Assembly: GCA_963734575.1 (NCBI GenBank)
Contig: CAVTHT010000007.1
Location: forward strand, 160,549 to 224,548
Source: an uncultured beta proteobacterium
Lineage (GTDB): Bacteria; Pseudomonadota; Gammaproteobacteria; Burkholderiales; Casimicrobiaceae
Reading direction: 5' to 3'
DNA length: 64,000 nucleotides
Under the pieces are notes generated by a model that made no database searches, was not told where the DNA came from, and was given only the letters and a program-made list of their open reading frames with translations. Shown in pieces: positions 37,272 to 48,466 of this stretch (the stretch's first letter is position 1; every line of letters starts with the position of its first letter). A program made the position numbers and the translations under genes.

Positions 37272-38555
37272 ATGAAGGAACCGATCTACGTCATCGACGG
37301 CGCGCGCACGCCGTTCCTCAAGGCGCGCAACCGGCCGGGGCCGTTCGCGGCTTCGGACCTCGCGACGGCGGCCGGGCGCGCACTGCTGGTGCGCCAGCCC
37401 TTCGCACCCACCGAGCTCGACGAGGTGATCCTCGGCTGCGCGGCACCGTCGGTGGACGAGGTCAACATCGGACGTGTCGTCGCGCTGCGCATGGGTTGCG
37501 GCCAGAAGGTGCCGGGCTGGACCGTCATGCGCAACTGCGCGTCCGGCATGCAGGCCATCGATTCGGCGATCAACAACATCCATGCGGGTCGCTCGAACCT
37601 CGTGCTCGCGGGCGGCGTCGATGCGCTGTCGCGGGCCCCACTGCTCTTTTCCGATGCCATGGTCGTCTGGCTCGCCAACTGGTATGCGGCGAAATCGCTG
37701 GGACAACGCGCAGCGCTGGTCGGGCAATTCCGACTGAAGCACCTGGCACCGGTGATCGGCATCATGAAGGGCCTCACGGACCCGATGGTCGGCCTTCTGA
37801 TGGGCCAGACCGCCGAGAACCTCGCGTACCGCTTCGGCATCACGCGCGAGGAGATGGATCTCTTCGCGGCGCGCAGTCACCAGCGCGTGCTGGCGGCGCA
37901 GCAGGCCGGGCACCTTGCGGGCGAGGTCGTGCCTCTTTTCGATGCCAGGGGGAACGCCTACCTGCAGGATGACGGCGTGCGCGAGGATTCCACGCCGCAG
38001 AACCTCGCGAAGCTGAGGCCGTTCTTCGATCGCAAGTACGGCAACGTCACGGCGGGCAACAGCTCGCAGGTTACCGACGGCGCCGCGTGGCTGCTGATCG
38101 CCTCGGAGCGGGCGGTCGAAGAGCACGCCCTCGTGCCGCTGGGGCGCATCGTGGATACGGAGTGGGCCGGTCTCGATCCGGCGCAGATGGGACTCGGGCC
38201 CGTGCAATCGGCCACACCCATCCTGCAGCGTCACGGTCTTGGGCTCAACGATCTCGATGCCTGGGAGATCAACGAAGCGTTCGCAGCCCAGGTTCTCGCC
38301 TGCGAGCGCGCGTGGGCATCGGACGACTATTGCCGCAGCGAGCTCGGACTCGATGGCGCGCTCGGCGTGCTCGACGAGTCGAAGCTCAATATCGATGGTG
38401 GCGCGATCGCTCTGGGCCACCCCGTCGGCGCATCCGGCGCGCGCATCGTGCTGCATCTTCTGAAGGTGCTCGAGCGCACCGGCGGCCGCCGTGGCATCGC
38501 GTCGATCTGCATCGGCGGGGGTCAGGGCGGCGCCATGCTGGTCGAGCGCCCGTAG
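37272..38555 (+). CDS. 3-ketoacyl-CoA thiolase (FadI/FadA-like).
   Basis: MKEPIYVIDGARTPF..NCASGMQAI..GNSSQVTDGAAW..GLGPV..NEAFAAQ..GGAIALGHPVGASGARI..CIGGGQGGAMLVE are thiolase active-site motifs. Confidence 0.9.
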   Translation: MKEPIYVIDGARTPFLKARNRPGPFAASDLATAAGRALLVRQPFAPTELDEVILGCAAPSVDEVNIGRVVALRMGCGQKVPGWTVMRNCASGMQAIDSAINNIHAGRSNLVLAGGVDALSRAPLLFSDAMVVWLANWYAAKSLGQRAALVGQFRLKHLAPVIGIMKGLTDPMVGLLMGQTAENLAYRFGITREEMDLFAARSHQRVLAAQQAGHLAGEVVPLFDARGNAYLQDDGVREDSTPQNLAKLRPFFDRKYGNVTAGNSSQVTDGAAWLLIASERAVEEHALVPLGRIVDTEWAGLDPAQMGLGPVQSATPILQRHGLGLNDLDAWEINEAFAAQVLACERAWASDDYCRSELGLDGALGVLDESKLNIDGGAIALGHPVGASGARIVLHLLKVLERTGGRRGIASICIGGGQGGAMLVERP

Positions 38556-38574
38556 CCGCGTGAAGGAACATGTC

Positions 38575-40606
38575 ATGGCAACCATTCCCGCCGAAACTCC
38601 CGCACGCACGTCCACATCGGCCGGACAATCGCTCAGGCCGGCCGAAGCCGGCGCGGCGCCGCTGCGCCACTGGCGCCTCACCCGGGACCCCAGATGGCAT
38701 CGCGCGTCTCGTGCTCGATCGCGCCGAGGCGAGCACCAATACGCTCTCCGGTGCCGTGCTCGCGGAGCTCGATCGCGCGCTCGACGCTCTGCAGCGCGAC
38801 CCCCCCGCCGGCCTCGTCATCGCATCGGGCAAGGCGAACGGCTTCATCGCGGGTGCCGACGTCGACGAGTTCGGCGACGTGCGCTCCGAGGCCGATGCGC
38901 TGGCCCTCGTGCGCCGGGGTTGGGACACGTTCGAGCGCCTCGCAGCGGTGACGTATCCCACCGTCGCACTGGTGCGTGGCTTCTGCCTCGGTGGCGGCCT
39001 CGAGCTCGCGCTGGCGTGCCGCTACCGCGTCGTCGTCGACGAGCCCGCGACACGCCTCGGGCTGCCCGAGGTGATGCTCGGCATCCTTCCGGGCTGGGGT
39101 GGGATCAAGCGCCTGCCGCACCTGACCGGGGCGCCTGCCGCGCTCGATCTGCTGCTCACCGGGAAGACGGTCGATGCTCGCAAGGCACGCAAGCTCGGCA
39201 TCGCCGACGAATGCGTTCCGCCGCGCGTGATGGAGAACGCCGTCCGCGGCCTGTTGCGTGCGCGGCCTCCGGTGCGCAAGCTCAAGTTCCCGCTGTCGCT
39301 GACCTTGCAGCCGTTGGTGCGGCGAATCATCGCCGCCCAGGCGCGCAAGCAGGTGGCGCGTCGCGCGCGGCGCGAGCACTATCCCGCGCCGTACGCGATC
39401 CTCGAGGTCTTCGCGCGCTACGACGGCAACGCGCTCGCCGTGCCGCCTGCGGACGACGCGTCGATCCCGGCATTGCTGCGCTCGCCCACGGCGGCCAATC
39501 TCATCCGGGTCTTTCGCCTGCAGGAGCGCCTGAAGTCGCTCGGCAAGGAAGGCGACTTCACCGCCGCGCACGTGCACGTCGTCGGGGGCGGCACGATGGG
39601 CGGGGATATCGCGGCGTGGTGCGCCCTGCGCGGCATTCGCGTGACGCTGCAGGATCAGGACGCGCAGCGCCTCGCGCCGGCCATGGGCCGCGCAGCGAAG
39701 CTCTTCAAGGAGCGCCTGCGCGATCCGCGGCGCGTGCGCGACGCCATGGATCGACTGATACCCGACGTCGCGGGCGATGGCGTCCGGCGTGCGGACGTGA
39801 TCATCGAGGCGATCTTCGAGAACCTCGAGGCGAAGCGGAGCCTGTTCGCCAGGCTGGAGCGCGAGGCGCGCAGCGATGCCATCCTGGCGACGAACACGTC
39901 GTCGATCCCGCTCGAGAGCATCGCGACCGCGCTCAGCGATCCGGGCCGGCTGCTCGGTCTGCATTTCTTCAATCCCGTTGCGCGCATGATGCTGGTGGAG
40001 ATCGTCGCCGGAGCCTCCACGCGTGCGGACCTCCTGCCGCGCGCGGCCGCGTTCGTGCGCCAGATCGACCGGCTGCCGCTGCCCGTGAAGAGCGCGCCCG
40101 GATTCCTCGTGAATCGCATCCTCGCCCCGTATCTCATGACGGCGATGCGCTGCGTCGACGAAGGCATCGCCCCCGAGACGGTGGACGAGGCCGCGCTGGC
40201 CTTCGGCATGCCGATGGGACCCATCGAGCTCGCGGACACGGTGGGCCTCGACATCTGCGTCGCCGTGGGCAAGATGCTCACGCCCGATGCACAGCCACCA
40301 CGCCGGCTGGCGGAGCTCGTCGCCGGCGGCAAGCTGGGCAAGAAATCGAAAGCGGGGTTCTACGACTGGTCGAGCGGCAAGCCGGCCAAGGCGGCGGCAG
40401 GAACGCCTCCCGCCGGCCTCGCCGATCGCCTGATCCTGCCGTTCGTGAATGAGGCGAAGGCCGCGCTCGCGGAAGGGATCGTGGACGACGCCGATCTCGT
40501 CGACGCCGGCGCGATCTTCGGGACGGGATTCGCACCGTTTCGCGGTGGACCCCTGCACTACGCGCACGAGCAGGGCCTGGCGTCCGCACGCCTCGCTGGC
40601 GCGTGA
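38575..40606 (+). CDS. Fatty-acid oxidation complex alpha subunit (enoyl-CoA hydratase plus 3-hydroxyacyl-CoA dehydrogenase, FadJ/FadB-like) with a frameshift at ~38692.
   Basis: MATIPAETP..HWRLTRDP | DGIARLVLDRAEASTNTLSGAVLAEL..GFIAGADV..GGGLELALAC.. (crotonase) ..HVHVVGGGTMGGDIAAW (NAD-binding). The frames switch at 'gaccccagatgg'. Confidence 0.85.
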
Positions 40607-40784
40607 TACGGCGCGGCTTGGGGTCGCGGGCCGAGGTCGATCGGACGAGCGGCAAGGCAACGGCATCGTCCCGGTGTAGCATTCGCGGCGAATGCACGCG
40701 ATGAGCGCCCGCCACGGCCTGGCGGAGACGGAGCACGAAGCCGGCCGAAGGGCCGACGCCACTGCCGCTTCGACGAGGATCCCC

Positions 40785-42455
40785 GTGGACAAGATCTGGC
40801 TCAAGCATTACCCGCCCGGCATCCCTGCCGACATCGACATCAACCGCTACGCGTCGGTGCGCGACGTCTTCGACGAGACCGTCACGCGCTTCGCGCCCCG
40901 CCCGGCGTTCACCTGCATGGGCAAGTCGATCACGTTCGCGGATCTCGACGTTCTCTCGCGGGCATTTGCCGCCTACCTGCAGGGCATCGGCTGCGGCAAG
41001 GGCACGCGCGTCGCGCTGATGATGCCCAACATCCTGCAGTACCCCGTCTGCCTGTTCGGCACGCTGCGCGCGGGGTGCACCGTGGTGAACGTCAATCCGC
41101 TCTACACCGCGCGCGAGCTCGAGCACCAGCTCGCCGATTCGGGCGCGGAAGTGATCGTCGTCGTCGAGAACTTCGCCCGCACGCTGCAGGAGATCGTGCG
41201 CCGCACCAAGGTGCGCCACGTGGTGGTGACGAGCATCGGCGAATTGCTCGGCTTCAAGGGCATCATCGTCGATCTCGTGCTGCGCCACGTGAAGAAGATG
41301 ATCCCGGCGTGGTCGCTGCCGCAGGCCGTGCGCCTGTCGACGACCCTCGCGCAAGGCCGCCGGCGCAAGCTCGAGCCGGTGCCGCTCGGGCACGACGACA
41401 TCGCGTTCCTGCAGTACACCGGCGGCACGACGGGCGTCGCCAAGGGGGCGATGCTGCTGCACCGGAACATCATCGCCAACCTGCTGCAGGCCGACGCGTG
41501 GGTCCGGCCGTTCCTCGGCGACGTGCGGCACGTGATCATCACACCGCTGCCGCTCTATCACATCTTCTCGCTGACGGCGAACTGTCTGGTGTTCATGGCG
41601 CTCGGGGGCGAGAACGTGCTGATCACGAATCCGCGCGACATCCCGGGCTTCGTGAAGGAGCTCGCGCGCCATCGCTTCACCGCGATCACCGGCGTCAACA
41701 CCCTGTTCAACGCGCTGCTCAACAATCCCGAGTTCGCGAAGCTCGACTTCTCGTCGCTTAAGCTCGTCCTGGGCGGGGGCATGGCGGTGCAGGAAGCCGT
41801 TGCCGAGCGCTGGAAGGACATCACGGGCGTGCCCCTGATCGAGGCGTACGGACTGACGGAGACCTCGCCGGCGGCAACGATCAATCCGCTCGATCTGCCG
41901 ACGTACAACGGCACCATCGGGCTGCCGATTCCTTCGACCGAGGTCATCCTGCGCGATGACGAGGGGCGCACCGTCGGCATCGGCGAGCCCGGCGAGATCT
42001 GCATTCGCGGCCCACAGGTGATGGCGGGCTACTGGCAGCGCCCCGACGAGACCGCCAAGGTCCTCGACAAGGACGGCTGGTTCGCGACGGGCGACGTCGG
42101 CATCATGGATCCGCAGGGCTACGTGAGGATCGTGGATCGCAAGAAGGACATGATCCTCGTGTCGGGTTTCAATGTTTATCCGAACGAGATCGAGGGCGTC
42201 GTGGCCATGCATCCCGGCGTGCTCGAATGCGCCGCCGTCGGCGTGCCCGACGTGAAGTCCGGCGAGGCGGTGAAGCTCTACGCCGTGAAGCGCGATGCGA
42301 ACGTCACGGTCGAGGACATCCTCGGCCATTGCCGGCGGCATCTCACGGGCTACAAGGTGCCGAGGGAGGTCGAGTTCCGGGCGGAGCTGCCCAAGTCCAA
42401 TGTGGGCAAGATCCTGCGGCGCGAGCTGCGCGACGAAGCGAAAAAGGCGGCCTGA
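40785..42455 (+). CDS. fadD: Long-chain-fatty-acid--CoA ligase FadD.
   Basis: Near-collinear with E. coli FadD (IWLKHYP.., ..[83 protein letters not shown]). The GTG start at 40785 was chosen by alignment; upstream ATGs at 40692 and 40701 are possible. Confidence 0.9.
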   Translation: MDKIWLKHYPPGIPADIDINRYASVRDVFDETVTRFAPRPAFTCMGKSITFADLDVLSRAFAAYLQGIGCGKGTRVALMMPNILQYPVCLFGTLRAGCTVVNVNPLYTARELEHQLADSGAEVIVVVENFARTLQEIVRRTKVRHVVVTSIGELLGFKGIIVDLVLRHVKKMIPAWSLPQAVRLSTTLAQGRRRKLEPVPLGHDDIAFLQYTGGTTGVAKGAMLLHRNIIANLLQADAWVRPFLGDVRHVIITPLPLYHIFSLTANCLVFMALGGENVLITNPRDIPGFVKELARHRFTAITGVNTLFNALLNNPEFAKLDFSSLKLVLGGGMAVQEAVAERWKDITGVPLIEAYGLTETSPAATINPLDLPTYNGTIGLPIPSTEVILRDDEGRTVGIGEPGEICIRGPQVMAGYWQRPDETAKVLDKDGWFATGDVGIMDPQGYVRIVDRKKDMILVSGFNVYPNEIEGVVAMHPGVLECAAVGVPDVKSGEAVKLYAVKRDANVTVEDILGHCRRHLTGYKVPREVEFRAELPKSNVGKILRRELRDEAKKAA

Positions 42456-42486
42456 ACATGTACGCATCGCGCGCACGCGCCGCCCG

Positions 42487-42903
42487 ATGACGTCCAGTCA
42501 AGCCACGCCGTCCGCGGAAGCCGTCACGCTCCCGGACGAGCAGCCGGCCCTGCGCGTCGTGCCGATGCCGCACGACGCGAACTACCACGGCGACATCTTC
42601 GGCGGATGGATCATGTCGCAGGTCGACATCGCGGGGTCCGTGCCGGCCTCGCGCCGCGCGCGCGGCCGCATCGCCACGGTCGCCGTGAACTCCTTCGTGT
42701 TCAAGCAGCCGGTGCTGATCGGCGATCTCGTGAGCTTCTACGCGCGCATCAGCCGCGTCGGCAGGACGTCCATCACGGTCGACGTCGAGGTGTTCGCCCA
42801 GCGCAATCCCACCGACGTGCTGTGCGTCAAGGTGACCGAAGCGAGCCTCACCTATGTCGCCGTCGGACCCGATCGCCGGCCCCGGGAACTGCCGCCGGAA
42901 TGA
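42487..42903 (+). CDS. Acyl-CoA thioesterase (YciA-like hotdog fold).
   Basis: ..ANYHGDIFGGWIMSQVDIAGS..IATVAVNSFVFKQPVLIGDLVSFYARISRVGRTSITVDVEV. Confidence 0.8.
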   Translation: MTSSQATPSAEAVTLPDEQPALRVVPMPHDANYHGDIFGGWIMSQVDIAGSVPASRRARGRIATVAVNSFVFKQPVLIGDLVSFYARISRVGRTSITVDVEVFAQRNPTDVLCVKVTEASLTYVAVGPDRRPRELPPE

Positions 42904-43122
42904 CTGCGCGGCGGCCTGTCGCGCAACAAATGCAACAACCGCTCGCGGCTTCGGGCCGTCCGGCCCGCCGTACCTCGGAAACCCGGCGCGGCGAGGGTAT
43001 ATTCAACGAGTGGCTGCCGGGATGAGTGCCCGCGCATTGCCGACCCTTGCATTGCACCAACACCGGGAGCGTGTGCCGTTGCGCGGCGCTGCTCCGACAG
43101 GATCTCACCGAGGAGAAGAAGA

Positions 43123-44538
43123 ATGACGCACACCCCGTTTCGTCGCACCCGCCTTGCGCTCGCCCTTGGCGGCGTTGTCATCGCGCTGGGTTCCGGCCAC
43201 GCCTATGGCGGCGGCTTCGCGCTCCAGGAAACGTCCGGCAGCGGCCTCGGCAACGCGTTCGCCGGCGGGGCAGCGGCCGCCGAGGATGCAGGCACCGTGT
43301 GGTCCAATCCGGCAGGCATGTCGCGTATCGGCTCGATGCAGGTCGTGGGTGCATTTCATGTCATCACGCCGTCGTTCGAGTTCAACGACAATGGCTCGCA
43401 GGCTGCAGCGTTCCAGCCGCTGGGGCATACCGGTGGCGACGCGGGGACGGTGAACTTCGTACCCAATGCGTATTTCGTGGCGCCGATCAACCGCCAGCTC
43501 GCCCTGGGGCTGGGTCTGAATGGGCCGTTTGGCCTGGTGACGCATTACGGCGAAGGCTGGCTCGGCCGCTTCCAGGGGATCGAGTCGAACATCAAGACCA
43601 TCAACGTGAATCCGGCGTTGTCGTGGAAGGTGAACGACCGATTCGCCATCGGTATCGGGGCGAGCTACCAGCGCATCGACGCGACGCTGACGAGCCGCGC
43701 CAACTACTCCGCGGCGCTTGCGCAGGCCGCGCAGCAGGCCGCGGCGGGCGGCCTGATCCCTGCTGCTGCCGTGCCGGGCTTCATCGCGGCGACGCCCGGG
43801 CTCGATTCCGGCGTGAAGATCGACGGTGACGACAGCGCATGGGGCTGGAACGTCGGCCTGCTCTTCGACCTCGACCAGAACTCGCGCATCGGCTTGGCTT
43901 ATCGCTCCAAGATCAAGTACAACGTCGTCGGCAACGCGTCGTTCGACCATCCGGCCCTGCCGGCACTGCCGCCCGCGCTCGCGCCGATCGGCGCAGCGCT
44001 GGCTCCCCTCGTCAACGCCACGTTCTTCAACGGTGGCGTGCAGGGCGATCTCGAAGTGCCCGACACCGCGAACATCTCGTACTTTCGCCGGATCAACGAC
44101 AAATGGGACGTGATGGCCGACGCGCAGTGGACCGGCTGGAGCAGCTTCCAGACCCTCAAGTTCGTGCGCACCACGGGTGCGGTCCTCGGCAGCAACCCGG
44201 AAAACTTCGACGATGTGTGGCGGTTCTCGGTCGGGGCCAATTACCACCAGAACGAGCGCCTCATGTTTCGCGGTGGCCTCGCTTACGACCAGGGCCCCGC
44301 CAATGACACCGACCGCACGCCGCGGCTGCCCGACGTGGATCGCGTCTGGTTCTCGATCGGCGCACAGTACGCGGTGACGCCGCAACTGAAGCTCGACGGC
44401 GGTTTCACGTACATCGTCGGCACGAAGAAGGCGAGCATCGACCAGAATGGCGGCAGCACGGCGCAGAACGGCCTGATCAAGGGCAACTACGACGTGAGCG
44501 CGACGATCTTCTCGGTGCAGGCGGCCTACTCGTTCTGA
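43123..44538 (+). CDS. fadL: Outer-membrane long-chain fatty acid transporter FadL (OMPP1/FadL/TodX family).
   Basis: A signal peptide and then NPAGM.. hatch region. The C-terminus ..NYDVSATIFSVQAAYSF is a beta-barrel terminal Phe. It is intact. Confidence 0.9.
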   Translation: MTHTPFRRTRLALALGGVVIALGSGHAYGGGFALQETSGSGLGNAFAGGAAAAEDAGTVWSNPAGMSRIGSMQVVGAFHVITPSFEFNDNGSQAAAFQPLGHTGGDAGTVNFVPNAYFVAPINRQLALGLGLNGPFGLVTHYGEGWLGRFQGIESNIKTINVNPALSWKVNDRFAIGIGASYQRIDATLTSRANYSAALAQAAQQAAAGGLIPAAAVPGFIAATPGLDSGVKIDGDDSAWGWNVGLLFDLDQNSRIGLAYRSKIKYNVVGNASFDHPALPALPPALAPIGAALAPLVNATFFNGGVQGDLEVPDTANISYFRRINDKWDVMADAQWTGWSSFQTLKFVRTTGAVLGSNPENFDDVWRFSVGANYHQNERLMFRGGLAYDQGPANDTDRTPRLPDVDRVWFSIGAQYAVTPQLKLDGGFTYIVGTKKASIDQNGGSTAQNGLIKGNYDVSATIFSVQAAYSF

Positions 44539-44561
44539 CGGCCACGTCGTTGCAATAGCGG

Positions 44562-44598
44562 GCGCGGCCGAGGGCATCCCCGGCCGCGTTTTCTTTCG
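44562..44598 (+). terminator. Rho-independent terminator after fadL.
   Basis: gcgcggccgaggg-cat-ccccggccgcg followed by ttttctttc. Confidence 0.45.
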
Positions 44599-44651
44599 GG
44601 GTGCAGGCACGCGACCGCCCGCCGCACGGGCTGCACCGCAGGATTTCCACC

Positions 44652-47048
44652 ATGTCCACGTCTCCATTCCTCGTCCGCCGCGCCGCCGTGCTGGGCGCGG
44701 GTGTGATGGGCGCGCAGATCGCCGCGCACTTCGCCAACGCCGGCATTCCCGTCGTGCTGTTCGATCTCGCCGCGCGCGAGGGCGACCCCAGCGGCATTGC
44801 GCGCCGCGCTCTCGACGGCCTGCGCAAGCTCGAGCCGGCGCCGCTCGCGGCTGCCGACCGCCTCGCTGCGATCGAGCCCGCCAACTACGACCAGCATCTC
44901 GCCAGGCTGCAGGAGTGCGATCTCGTCATCGAAGCGATCGCGGAGCGGATGGACTGGAAGCGCGACCTGTACGCGCGCATCGCGTCGCACGTGGCGCCGC
45001 ACGCGGTGCTCGCGTCGAATACGTCGGGGCTGTCGATCGGCGCACTGGCGGAGGCGCTGCCGCCGGCGTTGCGCGGCCGGTTCTGCGGCGTGCATTTCTT
45101 CAATCCGCCGCGGTACATGCATCTCGTGGAGCTGATCGCGCAACCCGCGTGTGAGCCGGGGCTGCTCGATGCGCTGGAGACGTTCCTCACGTCGATGCTC
45201 GGGAAGGGCGTGGTGCGGGCCAAGGACACGCCCAACTTCATCGCCAATCGCGTCGGCATCTTCTCCGTGCTTGCGACCATGCATTACACGCAGGCGTTCG
45301 GACTCGGCTTCGACGTCGTCGACGCCCTCACCGGACCGGCGATCGGGCGCGCGAAGAGCGCGACGTATCGCACGAGCGACGTCGTCGGCCTCGACACCAT
45401 GGCCCACGTCGTGAAAACCATGCGCGACACGCTGCCGGACGACCCGTGGCACGCGCTCTTCGAGACGCCGGCGGTGCTCGCCAGGCTTGTCGAGCAGGGT
45501 GCGCTGGGGCAGAAGAGCAAGGCCGGCTTCTTCCGCAAGCAGGGCAAGGAGATCCAGGTGCTCGATCCCGCGTCGGGTGCGTATCGCACGGCAGCCGGCG
45601 AGGTCGCGCCCGGGGTGCAGAAGCTCCTCGCGATCGCGGAGCCGCGCGAGCGCTTCGCGGCACTGCGCGCGTCGAGCGAGCCGCAGGCGCAATTCCTGTG
45701 GGCGATCTTCCGCGACCTTTTCCACTATTGCGCGTATCACCTGACCGCCATCGCCCACGACGCACGCGACGTGGATCTCGCGTTGCGGTGGGGCTTCGGC
45801 TGGCAGATGGGGCCGTTCGAGACCTGGCAGTCGGCCGGCTGGGCGGAAGTCGCGGGGTGGATCGACGAAGACATCGCCGGCGGCAAGACCCTGGCTGCGG
45901 TTCCGCTCCCTCGATGGGTGCGTGAAGGACCTGCCGCCGCCGGAGTGCACGCTGCGGACGGGGCGTGGAGCCCGGCGGAGGGCACGTTCGCGCCGCGGTC
46001 GTCGCTGCCCGTATACCGTCGACAGCACTTTCCCGACCCGGTGCTCGCCGAGCGCTGGCCGCGCGGGACCACGATCAGCGAGACCACCGGGGTACGGACC
46101 TGGCACCTCGCCGACGACGTGGCGATCGTGTCGTTCCGGTCGAAGGGGCACACGATCGGCGAGGACGTCCTCGACGGCCTGCTCGACGCCATCGAGCGTG
46201 CCGAGCGCGGCTTTCGCGCGCTCGTCATCTGGCAGCCGCGCGAGCCGTTCTCGGTCGGCGCGAACCTGAAGGCGGTGGCGCCGGACGTGCAGGCGGGCCG
46301 CTGGAGCGCGATCGAAGCGATGGTGGCCAAGTTCCAGCAGACGTCGCAGCGCCTGCGCTACAGCCTCGTGCCGACCGTTGCCGCGGTCCGCGGCATGGCG
46401 CTGGGCGGGTCCTGCGAGTTCATCCTCCATTGCGATCGCACCGTGGCTGCGCTGGAGTCGTACATCGGCCTCGTCGAAGTCGGCGTGGGACTGCTCCCCG
46501 CGGGCGGCGGATGCAAGGAATTCGCGCTGCGCGCCGTGCAGGAATCCGCGCGCGGAGGCAGCGGCGGCCAGATGGACCAGTTTCCGTTCCTGCGCACGTA
46601 TTTCCAGACGATCGCGAAGGCAACGGTCGCCAGGAGCGCGTTGGAAGCGAAGGAGCTCGGCTACCTCCGACCGTCAGACGTCGTGGTTTTCCACCCCCAT
46701 GAGCTGCTGTTCGTCGCCCATGCCCAGGCGAGAGCGCTGGCCGATGCGGCATACCGGCCCCCGTTGCCGATGGCTGCGATACCTGTCGCGGGCAAGACGG
46801 GCATTGCCACGCTCGAGATGGTGCTCGTCAACATGCGCGACGGCGGCTTCATCTCGGCCTACGATTTCGACGTGTCGCTGCGCGTGGCACGCGTCCTGTG
46901 CGGTGGCGAGGTCGAGCCGGGCAGCGTCGTGGACGAGAAGTGGCTGCTCGATCTCGAGCGCGCCGAATTCATGAATCTGGTGCGCAATCCGCGCACGCAG
47001 GAGCGTATCGCGCACACCCTCAAGACAGGCAAGCCGCTGCGCAACTGA
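44652..47048 (+). CDS. Fused 3-hydroxyacyl-CoA dehydrogenase (N-terminal) and enoyl-CoA hydratase (C-terminal), FadN-like, 798 aa.
   Basis: AVLGAGVMGAQIAAHFANAGIPVVLFD (NAD-binding) ..FFNPPRYMHLVEL.. then a crotonase-fold C-half (..FRALVIWQPREPFSVGANLK..), intact. Confidence 0.85.
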   Translation: MSTSPFLVRRAAVLGAGVMGAQIAAHFANAGIPVVLFDLAAREGDPSGIARRALDGLRKLEPAPLAAADRLAAIEPANYDQHLARLQECDLVIEAIAERMDWKRDLYARIASHVAPHAVLASNTSGLSIGALAEALPPALRGRFCGVHFFNPPRYMHLVELIAQPACEPGLLDALETFLTSMLGKGVVRAKDTPNFIANRVGIFSVLATMHYTQAFGLGFDVVDALTGPAIGRAKSATYRTSDVVGLDTMAHVVKTMRDTLPDDPWHALFETPAVLARLVEQGALGQKSKAGFFRKQGKEIQVLDPASGAYRTAAGEVAPGVQKLLAIAEPRERFAALRASSEPQAQFLWAIFRDLFHYCAYHLTAIAHDARDVDLALRWGFGWQMGPFETWQSAGWAEVAGWIDEDIAGGKTLAAVPLPRWVREGPAAAGVHAADGAWSPAEGTFAPRSSLPVYRRQHFPDPVLAERWPRGTTISETTGVRTWHLADDVAIVSFRSKGHTIGEDVLDGLLDAIERAERGFRALVIWQPREPFSVGANLKAVAPDVQAGRWSAIEAMVAKFQQTSQRLRYSLVPTVAAVRGMALGGSCEFILHCDRTVAALESYIGLVEVGVGLLPAGGGCKEFALRAVQESARGGSGGQMDQFPFLRTYFQTIAKATVARSALEAKELGYLRPSDVVVFHPHELLFVAHAQARALADAAYRPPLPMAAIPVAGKTGIATLEMVLVNMRDGGFISAYDFDVSLRVARVLCGGEVEPGSVVDEKWLLDLERAEFMNLVRNPRTQERIAHTLKTGKPLRN

Positions 47049-47134
47049 ACGCGCGCTGCGCGCCCGCCGCGGAACCCCGCGGCCCGCGCCGGGACCAAAC
47101 ACCGCGCGCACCGTTGTTCCGAATGGAGCCTCCC

Positions 47135-48331
47135 ATGCAACGCCAGATGCAGGATGCATACGTCATCGCCGCCACGCGGACGCCCGTGGGCAAGGCCCCG
47201 CGGGGCGCGTTTCGCCATACCCGGCCGGATTCCATGCTCGCCCACGTGTTGCGCGCGGTGCTGGCGCAGGTGCCGGCCCTGGAGGCCGCGCGCGTGGACG
47301 ACGTGATCGTCGGCTGTGCGATGCCGGAGTTCGAGCAGGGGATGAACGTCGCGCGCATCGGCGTCCTCCTTGCGGGCCTGCCCGACAGCGTGCCCGGCAT
47401 GACCATCAACCGCTTCTGCTCCTCGGGACTCAACGCTGTCTCCATTGCCGCCGATCGCATCCGCACGGGTGAAGCGGACGTGGTGATCGCGGCCGGGACC
47501 GAGAGCATGAGCATGATCCCGATGCTCGGTCGCCTTGCGCTCAATCCGGAAGTCTTCGCCAGGGACGAGAACCTCGGCATCGCCTACGGCATGGGTCTCA
47601 CGGCGGAGAAGGTGGCACAGCGCTGGAACGTCTCGCGCGAGGCGCAGGATGCGTTTGCGCTGGAGAGCCATCGCAAGGCCCTCGCCGCGCAGGCGAGCGG
47701 CGAGTTCGCCGGCGAGATCACGCCGTATCCGCTGCAGGAGGACGTGCCGGATCTCGCGAGCGGTGCCATCACGCATCGCAGCCGTGCGTTCGATCGCGAC
47801 GAGGGTCCGCGTGCGGACACGACCGCAGACGGCCTCGCGAAGCTGCGGCCCGTGTTCGCCGCGCGCGGCAGCGTCACCGCAGGCAACAGCTCGCAAATGT
47901 CCGACGGCGCCGGCGCATCGATCCTCGTGAGCGAACGCGTCGTGCGCGAGCTCGGTCTTGCACCGTTGGCGCGGTGGGTGGGATACGCGGTCGCTGGCGT
48001 GGCGCCCGAGATCATGGGCGTGGGGCCGATTGCCGCCATCCCCAGGCTGCTGCGGCAGACGGGCATCGCGAAGGACGACATCGACTGGATCGAGCTCAAC
48101 GAGGCCTTCGCTGCGCAGAGCCTGGCCGTCATGAACGAGCTGGCGCTCGATCCCGCCAGAGTGAACCCGCTTGGCGGCGCCATCGCACTCGGACATCCGC
48201 TGGGTGCGACGGGCGCCGTGCGCACCGCCACCATCGTGCACGGCTTGCGGCGCAGGAAGCAGAAGTATGGGATGGTCAGCATGTGCGTGGGCACCGGCAT
48301 GGGCGCCGCCGGCCTCTTCGAAGCCGTCTAG
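47135..48331 (+). CDS. fadA: Acetyl-CoA C-acyltransferase (3-ketoacyl-CoA thiolase, FadA-like).
   Basis: ..AYVIAATRTPVGK..NRFCSSGLNAV..GNSSQMSDGAGA..NEAFAAQ..GGAIALGHPLGATGA..CVGTGMGAAGLFE. Confidence 0.9.
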   Translation: MQRQMQDAYVIAATRTPVGKAPRGAFRHTRPDSMLAHVLRAVLAQVPALEAARVDDVIVGCAMPEFEQGMNVARIGVLLAGLPDSVPGMTINRFCSSGLNAVSIAADRIRTGEADVVIAAGTESMSMIPMLGRLALNPEVFARDENLGIAYGMGLTAEKVAQRWNVSREAQDAFALESHRKALAAQASGEFAGEITPYPLQEDVPDLASGAITHRSRAFDRDEGPRADTTADGLAKLRPVFAARGSVTAGNSSQMSDGAGASILVSERVVRELGLAPLARWVGYAVAGVAPEIMGVGPIAAIPRLLRQTGIAKDDIDWIELNEAFAAQSLAVMNELALDPARVNPLGGAIALGHPLGATGAVRTATIVHGLRRRKQKYGMVSMCVGTGMGAAGLFEAV

Positions 48332-48466
48332 CTCGCGAGAACGGAACGCATGCTTCGTTGCTCCTCGCTTTCGTCCTCACGTATCTCCAAGTACGTTCCG
48401 GGCGAAAGCTCCGGTGCGCCTCGCCTGCGTCCCGTTTCGCGGCTATCCGGCGTATATCGCCATGGG

